NCBI GenBank assembly: GCA_038137215.1
Contig: JAYQBG010000003.1
Location: 77,792 to 141,791 of the forward strand
Source: Alphaproteobacteria bacterium
Lineage (GTDB): Bacteria > Pseudomonadota > Alphaproteobacteria > UBA6615
Direction of reading: 5' to 3'
DNA: 64,000 nucleotides
This document shows, one piece after another, positions 58,541 through 64,000 of this stretch. The notes beneath the pieces were generated by a model. That model worked only from the letters and a program-made list of their open reading frames with translations, ran no database searches and was not told where the DNA came from. A program made the translations under genes and the position numbers. The first letter of the stretch is position 1. The number at the start of each line of letters is the position of its first letter.

Positions 58541-59530
58541 TTGACGCAAAAAGACAATCCGCAGGTCGAAGAGTTGTCGGTCACGGACTCCCAGGCCAAC
58601 GAACGTATCGACCGGGTGCTGGCCGAGGCCCTCGGGGCGTTGTCGCGCTCGCGCCTGAAGTCGCTGATCGAGGGAGGCCAGGTGCTGCGGAACGAGGTGA
58701 TGTGCCGCCAGCCCTCCCAGAAAGTCGCGGCGGGCGACCGTCTGAGCGTCACCATTCCCGCGGCGGTAGACCCGACCCCGGTCGGCCAGGCCATCGCGCT
58801 GGATATCCTGCACGAAGATGCCGAGCTGATTGTCCTCGACAAGCCGGCGGGCATGGTGGTGCACCCGGCGCCGGGCAATCCGGACGGCACCCTGGTCAAT
58901 GCGCTGATCGCCCATTGCGGCGATGATCTGACCGGGATCGGCGGGGTCAAGCGCCCGGGCATCGTCCATCGCCTCGACAAGGACACCAGCGGGGTGATGG
59001 TCGCGGCCAAAACCGCCTCCGCCCATGCCGCGCTAGTCACACAGTTTTCCGAACGGACGGTGGACCGGGCCTATCGCGCCATTGTCTGGGGACGCCCGCT
59101 GCCGCCCGCAGGGGAGATCGAAGGCCCCATTGGCCGGCACCCCCGGAACCGGAAGAAAATGGCGGTGGTCTCACGCGGCGGAAAACCCGCCCTCACCCGG
59201 TATCGCAGCCTTGCCGCCTATGGCGACGACCTGGCCACGCTCATCGAATGCAAGCTTGAAACCGGTCGCACGCATCAGATCAGGGTGCACCTGACCCACC
59301 ACAAGCACCCGCTTCTGGGCGACCCGGTCTATGGCCGCCCGGCCGCGCGGCGCGGACAGCTGAAACACCTGGAAGCGGACAAAATGCGGATCTTAATGGG
59401 ATTTCCACGCCAGGCCCTGCATGCTTACAGACTGGGATTTATCCATCCCGGAACGGCTCAAGCTGTTGAATTCGAAACAAAATTACCCGCAGACATGCAA
59501 AACCTCACAAGTGTTTTAGAATCTCTCTAA
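58541..59530 (+). CDS. rluD: RluA family pseudouridine synthase (RluD-like)
   Basis: S4 domain, DKPAGMVVHP, HRLDKDTSG, ETGRTHQIRVH, RQALHA. Confidence 0.92.
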   Translation: MTQKDNPQVEELSVTDSQANERIDRVLAEALGALSRSRLKSLIEGGQVLRNEVMCRQPSQKVAAGDRLSVTIPAAVDPTPVGQAIALDILHEDAELIVLDKPAGMVVHPAPGNPDGTLVNALIAHCGDDLTGIGGVKRPGIVHRLDKDTSGVMVAAKTASAHAALVTQFSERTVDRAYRAIVWGRPLPPAGEIEGPIGRHPRNRKKMAVVSRGGKPALTRYRSLAAYGDDLATLIECKLETGRTHQIRVHLTHHKHPLLGDPVYGRPAARRGQLKHLEADKMRILMGFPRQALHAYRLGFIHPGTAQAVEFETKLPADMQNLTSVLESL

Positions 59531-59534
59531 GGTA

Positions 59535-59561
59535 TTGAAGTTCGGCGCAAAAGCGCCATAT
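59535..59561 (+). promoter_or_regulatory. Sigma32-type promoter upstream of rpoH (possible autoregulation)
   Basis: TTG-N18-CCATAT (TTGAAGTTCGGCGCAAAAGCGCCATAT). Confidence 0.55.
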
Positions 59562-59635
59562 TTGGCTGGTACGTTTACTTCAATTCCCCCGGACGTCGTG
59601 CAAGCCCGGTTCTCGAGCTTGCGAAAGGATGCAAA

Positions 59636-60547
59636 ATGGCAACCCCACAGCTTCCCTCACTCACACCCGAAGGCAATCTCTCTCGCTACCTGCAGGAGAT
59701 CCGCAAATTCCCCATGCTGGAGCCACAGGAAGAGTTCATGCTGGCCAAGCGCTGGGAAGAGCATGGTGACGTGGAGGCAGCCCACAAGATGGTGACAAGT
59801 CATCTGCGCCTGGTGGCCAAGATCGCCATGGGCTATCGCGGCTACGGCCTGCCGGTTGCCGAGCTGATTTCAGAGGGCAATGTGGGCCTCATGCAGGCGG
59901 TCAAGAAGTTCGACGCAGACAAGGGATTCCGCCTGGCGACCTACGCGATGTGGTGGATCCGCGCCTCGATCCAGGAATACATCCTCCATTCCTGGAGCCT
60001 CGTGAAGATGGGCACCACGGCGGCCCAGAAGAAACTGTTCTTCAACCTGCGCCGCATGAAGGGCCAGTTGAAGGCACTGGATGAGGGCGATCTGCCGCCC
60101 GAACAGGTGGAATACATAGCCCGCGAGCTGAAGGTTTCCGAAAACGACGTGGTTCAGATGAACCGGCGCCTGGCGGGTCCCGATGGTTCCCTCAACGCGC
60201 CCCTGCGCAAGGATGGCGAGGGCGACAGCGAGTGGATGGACTGGCTGGTCGATGAGACGGATTCCCAGGAAATCGAACTGGTCGAACAGGACGAGCTTGA
60301 AAAGCGCCGTGATCTGCTGACCCAGGCCATGGACGCCCTGAATGAACGCGAACGCCATATCCTCACCGAACGCCGTCTGCAGGAGAACCCCAAGACGCTC
60401 GAGGATCTGTCCCAGGAATACGACATCAGCCGCGAGCGCGTGCGCCAGATCGAGGTGCGGGCTTTCGAGAAGCTGCAAAAAGCGATGAAAAATCTGGCGA
60501 TCGATCAGCAGGTTGCCGCACCGGACGCTCTGGCACCGGCCTCCTAG
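59636..60547 (+). CDS. rpoH: RNA polymerase sigma factor RpoH
   Basis: SHLRLVAKIAMGYRGYGL, RpoH box QKKLFFNLR, SRERVRQIE. Confidence 0.96.
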   Translation: MATPQLPSLTPEGNLSRYLQEIRKFPMLEPQEEFMLAKRWEEHGDVEAAHKMVTSHLRLVAKIAMGYRGYGLPVAELISEGNVGLMQAVKKFDADKGFRLATYAMWWIRASIQEYILHSWSLVKMGTTAAQKKLFFNLRRMKGQLKALDEGDLPPEQVEYIARELKVSENDVVQMNRRLAGPDGSLNAPLRKDGEGDSEWMDWLVDETDSQEIELVEQDELEKRRDLLTQAMDALNERERHILTERRLQENPKTLEDLSQEYDISRERVRQIEVRAFEKLQKAMKNLAIDQQVAAPDALAPAS

Positions 60548-61083
60548 GCCGGTTTGGCTGACGTCGCAGCCGATTTACGCGGCGGCGGCATCTCGGTCAC
60601 GCCCTCACCCCATTCCTCGATCAGGCGGCGCTGTTCGCGCATCATCGCCTGGACCTTGGCCTCGTTGCTTACACTGAGATAAACGGCTCCGAACCGCGGC
60701 ATGCCGAGGACGAAGCTCCAGCCGATGGCCGCGGTCCCGTACATCACACACAGCACAAAGACATCATTCACCATCGCCATGGCCCGGGCCATGGTGGCAC
60801 CGCTTATCAGCAGGTCGATAACAAAGGGCGCCACCCCGGCAAAGTTCGTGGCCGTCACGGCAATGGTGGCGTTGCGGCCGGGTTCCCGGTCGATAATCGC
60901 AGCGACGATCGACGGGATCACGCCGATCGCAAAGACCACGAAAGCCGGCGTGGCGAAAACAACCAGCCCCAGCACAACCATCGCAATAATCGAGAGCAGA
61001 TAGGTGTTCCCCATCGATCCGGAACCGCGCGACTGGGCTGCAGCCTGGGCCGTGTTCTTTTTTTCCCTGGCGGATTTCGACAT
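60544..61083 (-). CDS. Hypothetical multi-pass membrane protein
   Basis: Several TM segments (IGVIPSIVAAIIDR, NFAGVAPF), C-terminal QRRLIEEWG; starts 2 nt after the kinase-like stop. Confidence 0.8.
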   Translation of the reverse strand: MSKSAREKKNTAQAAAQSRGSGSMGNTYLLSIIAMVVLGLVVFATPAFVVFAIGVIPSIVAAIIDREPGRNATIAVTATNFAGVAPFVIDLLISGATMARAMAMVNDVFVLCVMYGTAAIGWSFVLGMPRFGAVYLSVSNEAKVQAMMREQRRLIEEWGEGVTEMPPPRKSAATSAKPA

Positions 61084-61085
61084 GC

Positions 61086-63155
61086 CTAACCCACCTGATT
61101 CACGACGAGGATCACCAGCACAATCACACTGACCACACTGGCGATATTCGCGGCGAGCTGCTGACCCAGGCGCCGCGCCTGCCGGCGCAGGCCCTGGGAA
61201 TCGGTTTTGATCCTCTGAACCTCCCGGTCCAGGCGATGATATCGGCGGCACGCCATGTCATAGCCCTTTTCATCCCAGCGCTGGTTCTTCTTGTTGTCGA
61301 GAATCCGCACCAGATCGTTCAGGCTACCGCGTGAGGCGACCTTCCGTGCTGCGCGCTGGAGTTTCTGGCGCATGGGAACGTTCTTGTAGTCGTTCAGCAC
61401 CGGCTGCAGATGTTTGAGAAATATCGCATAGAGTTTCGGAGCTGCCGATGAACTGTTCTTGCTTTGCACATAGGCCAGCAGACGAAGTTGCGCCACGCGT
61501 TCGCCCGCATCATCACGGGCCTGGGCGACGTCGTTGAGTTCCTTGTCGATGCTGCCTGCGATAAGCGCTCCCAGAAAGGCGGCGATGTGGCGGTCGAAGA
61601 GGAACTCCCCGTCTCCCGCACGCAGCTCAAGGGTCTCGATCAGATCGCGAACCTGCAGCGGCACACCTCCCTTCAGAAGCGGGCTCAGACACGGCAATGC
61701 CGGGTTGAGCGCATAGGCGCACCGTTCGATCGAGAATCCCGCAGCCGTTTGCGTCAGATAGACCGAAGCCTTCTCCGCGACCTCGCTCGCCGTCAGCATC
61801 CAGGTCTTGGGCCGTGCCTGTACCGCATGCCAGAAGGCAATCATCTTGCCGGCGATCATCTCGCTGAAATCGGCGGCCAGGTTGCGGTCATTCAGCGCGC
61901 TGACGGTTGCCGTCGCGAAGCCGTCGAGGATCACGCGCATGCCGCGGAAACAAATCGGCCCCGTCGGGTCGAGCAGCGTGATGACGCGTGAAACGAGAAT
62001 ATCGGCGCTCATCTGCTTGGGACCGGTCGGGCCCGGTACCGCAGCCTGGGCAATCTCCTTGGCAAGATCACGGTTCTTCAGACTTCGGTCCACCCAGTGT
62101 TCAACGGCGTTGGTCGATATGACCTTGACGGCCGCCGCCCAGTCGGATGCCAGCACCGTGGCGAGTTCGCGTGCCGTGAACGCCAGTCGGTCATTGATCT
62201 CGAACGGCCGGTCCGCTCGCACACCAGGCGTAGGCTGAGACGGGTTGACCTGCCCCGTGGTCACCCAGGTGGTAACGTCGGACAGGGTCCAGCGCTCATG
62301 GGCATCGTCACGCATCAGCGAACAGACCACCGGCGTCAGCTCCGAGGACAGCTTGTTCGCGCCCAACATGGCGTTGTAGCTGCCGAGTTCGATACGCCTG
62401 CGCAGCAATTCTTCGGCCCCGACCCCGGCGACCGGGTTCCGGCCAAGGGCCAGAATCATCAGATTGACACCGATGGCGAACATCTCGTCGCTCATATCCC
62501 CGACACCGCGTCCCGTCGGGATACAGCGCACCCGGTCGAGCGGTTCGAATATCTCGGGTTGATCAAAGCCGGGCGGCGCGCTGTAGATCTGACCCGACTC
62601 GACCGTTCCGTCTTCGGTGCGGCGGAACAGGTTGGTGGGGCGTAGGTTTCGATGGGTCACCCGCTCATCGTGCATCCGGCGCAGCAGATCGAGGATGGGG
62701 GTGAGGAAATCCCGCTTCAGTTCACGTACCAGCCATGGCTGTATCCGGGCCTCGAGGTTGGGCATCAGAGGCGGGCCCGATGGCTGCGGCAGGATGATGA
62801 CAATCTCCTCGCGTCCACCGTCATCCCACTTGACCTGCCCCCAGCGCGCCGGCTTGGCCAGCGCCTCGTGCACAATCCCCTTGGCGCTCACAATGGCGTC
62901 GTGACGTGCCGGAATGCTGCGGTCGAGCACCAGCGCGTAGAGATTCTTTCTCGGGTCCTCGGAATCGTAGGCCGCGTAGGCACGCGCCGATTCAGTAGAC
63001 AGGTGCGGCAGCAGCACGCCCGGCTGAATTCGGTAACGGCTCGCAAACGTAATTTCACCCGCAGAGGATGCGAGCTTGGACGCCGGTGAGCTTGCGGACG
63101 AATCCGCAACGAGGCCGGAATCAGCCTCCCCCATCTCCTGCAACGCTTCGCTCAT
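61086..63155 (-). CDS. Ser/Thr kinase-like protein (probable pseudokinase) with C-terminal TM helix
   Basis: THRNLRPTNLF catalytic-loop-like motif, DEMFAIGV (subdomain IX), DDAHERW (XI); hydrophobic C-terminus. Confidence 0.8.
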   Translation of the reverse strand: MSEALQEMGEADSGLVADSSASSPASKLASSAGEITFASRYRIQPGVLLPHLSTESARAYAAYDSEDPRKNLYALVLDRSIPARHDAIVSAKGIVHEALAKPARWGQVKWDDGGREEIVIILPQPSGPPLMPNLEARIQPWLVRELKRDFLTPILDLLRRMHDERVTHRNLRPTNLFRRTEDGTVESGQIYSAPPGFDQPEIFEPLDRVRCIPTGRGVGDMSDEMFAIGVNLMILALGRNPVAGVGAEELLRRRIELGSYNAMLGANKLSSELTPVVCSLMRDDAHERWTLSDVTTWVTTGQVNPSQPTPGVRADRPFEINDRLAFTARELATVLASDWAAAVKVISTNAVEHWVDRSLKNRDLAKEIAQAAVPGPTGPKQMSADILVSRVITLLDPTGPICFRGMRVILDGFATATVSALNDRNLAADFSEMIAGKMIAFWHAVQARPKTWMLTASEVAEKASVYLTQTAAGFSIERCAYALNPALPCLSPLLKGGVPLQVRDLIETLELRAGDGEFLFDRHIAAFLGALIAGSIDKELNDVAQARDDAGERVAQLRLLAYVQSKNSSSAAPKLYAIFLKHLQPVLNDYKNVPMRQKLQRAARKVASRGSLNDLVRILDNKKNQRWDEKGYDMACRRYHRLDREVQRIKTDSQGLRRQARRLGQQLAANIASVVSVIVLVILVVNQVG

Positions 63156-63224
63156 TGCCCTTCATCCCGAACACACGGGTTCCCGGTAATTTGCCTCTGG
63201 GCAAATCACTCTAGGTTGCAGGAG

Positions 63225-63240
63225 GTAACGGATGGTTAAC
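63225..63240. promoter_or_regulatory. Near-consensus CtrA box upstream of the kinase-like gene
   Basis: GTAA-CGGATGG-TTAAC (1 mismatch to TTAA-N7-TTAAC); contains TTAACCAT on -. Confidence 0.55.
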
Positions 63241-63270
63241 GCCGGACGCGCACGCAGGCGCGTTTTCGGG

Positions 63271-64000
63271 TCAATCTGCGAAGGGGTCGCGGACCAGAAT
63301 CGTGTCAAGGCGCTCCGGGCTTGTGGAGAGCAGCGCCACCGGCGCATCGATCAGTTCTTCGATGCGGCGCACATACTTGATGGCCGTCGCCGGCAGATCC
63401 GCCCAGCTGCGCGCGCCCGCGGTGCTGTCCTGCCAGCCTTCCAGGGTCTCGTAAACCGGCTCCACCGAAGCCTGATCGCGGATTCCGGCCGGAAAGCGGC
63501 TGATTTCCCGATCACCCAGCTTGTACCCGACACAGACCTTGAGTTCGTCCATCCCGTCGAGAACATCCAGCTTGGTCAGAGCAATCCCGCTGATTCCGCC
63601 CACGCGAATGGCCTGGCGCACCATCACCGCATCGAACCAGCCACAGCGCCGCTTGCGTCCGGTGACCGTCCCGAACTCACGACCGCGTTCGCCCAGACGG
63701 GTGCCGACATCACCGGTATCCTCGGTCGGGAACGGCCCGCTGCCGACCCGCGTGGTGTAGGCCTTGGTGATGCCGAGCACATAACCGATGGTGTTCGGTG
63801 CAACCCCCGAGCCTGCGGCAGCCTGTCCGGCCACGGTGTTCGAGGAGGTGACAAACGGATAGGTTCCGTGATCCACATCCAGCATGGCGCCCTGGGCCCC
63901 TTCAAACAGGATGCGTTTGCCATCCCGCCGGGCCTCGTCCAGCCACTCCCAGACCGGTGCCGCATAGGACAGAAGCGGCTCGCGGATCTCGTCGAGCCGG
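63271..64000 (-). CDS. purA: Adenylosuccinate synthetase (5' end outside the window)
   Basis: [58 protein letters not shown]. Confidence 0.96.
   Translation of the reverse strand, partial: RLDEIREPLLSYAAPVWEWLDEARRDGKRILFEGAQGAMLDVDHGTYPFVTSSNTVAGQAAAGSGVAPNTIGYVLGITKAYTTRVGSGPFPTEDTGDVGTRLGERGREFGTVTGRKRRCGWFDAVMVRQAIRVGGISGIALTKLDVLDGMDELKVCVGYKLGDREISRFPAGIRDQASVEPVYETLEGWQDSTAGARSWADLPATAIKYVRRIEELIDAPVALLSTSPERLDTILVRDPFAD

Overview
High-GC chromosomal segment of an alphaproteobacterium, most likely Rhodospirillales-like (inferred from the gene set and order: scpA/meaB, hemA, pdxH, fabI-aroC, xseB-ispA-dxs, tlyA, rluD-rpoH, purA, tRNA-Glu, plus alphaproteobacterial REP-type palindromes). 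I see no CRISPR array, rRNA, prophage or transposase. Core housekeeping genes are intact, but at least eight accessory or signalling loci are broken by in-frame nonsense codons, a 5-bp duplication or deletion scars, which suggests ongoing gene erosion. The most notable items are: an RND efflux adaptor with four canonical EF-hand loops; a CtrA-box-preceded pseudokinase plus membrane protein pair; a sigmaE/ChrR-type promoter driving a probably leaderless DUF3429-DUF2256-DUF427 operon; a standalone protein resembling the C-terminal domain of polar GPR/RgsE-type proteins; and an AT-rich relic of an 'F-x-IMPF' (deoxyribohydrolase/TIR-like) gene that starts with a 23-bp palindrome. All family calls come from motif recognition by eye; no database searches were run.
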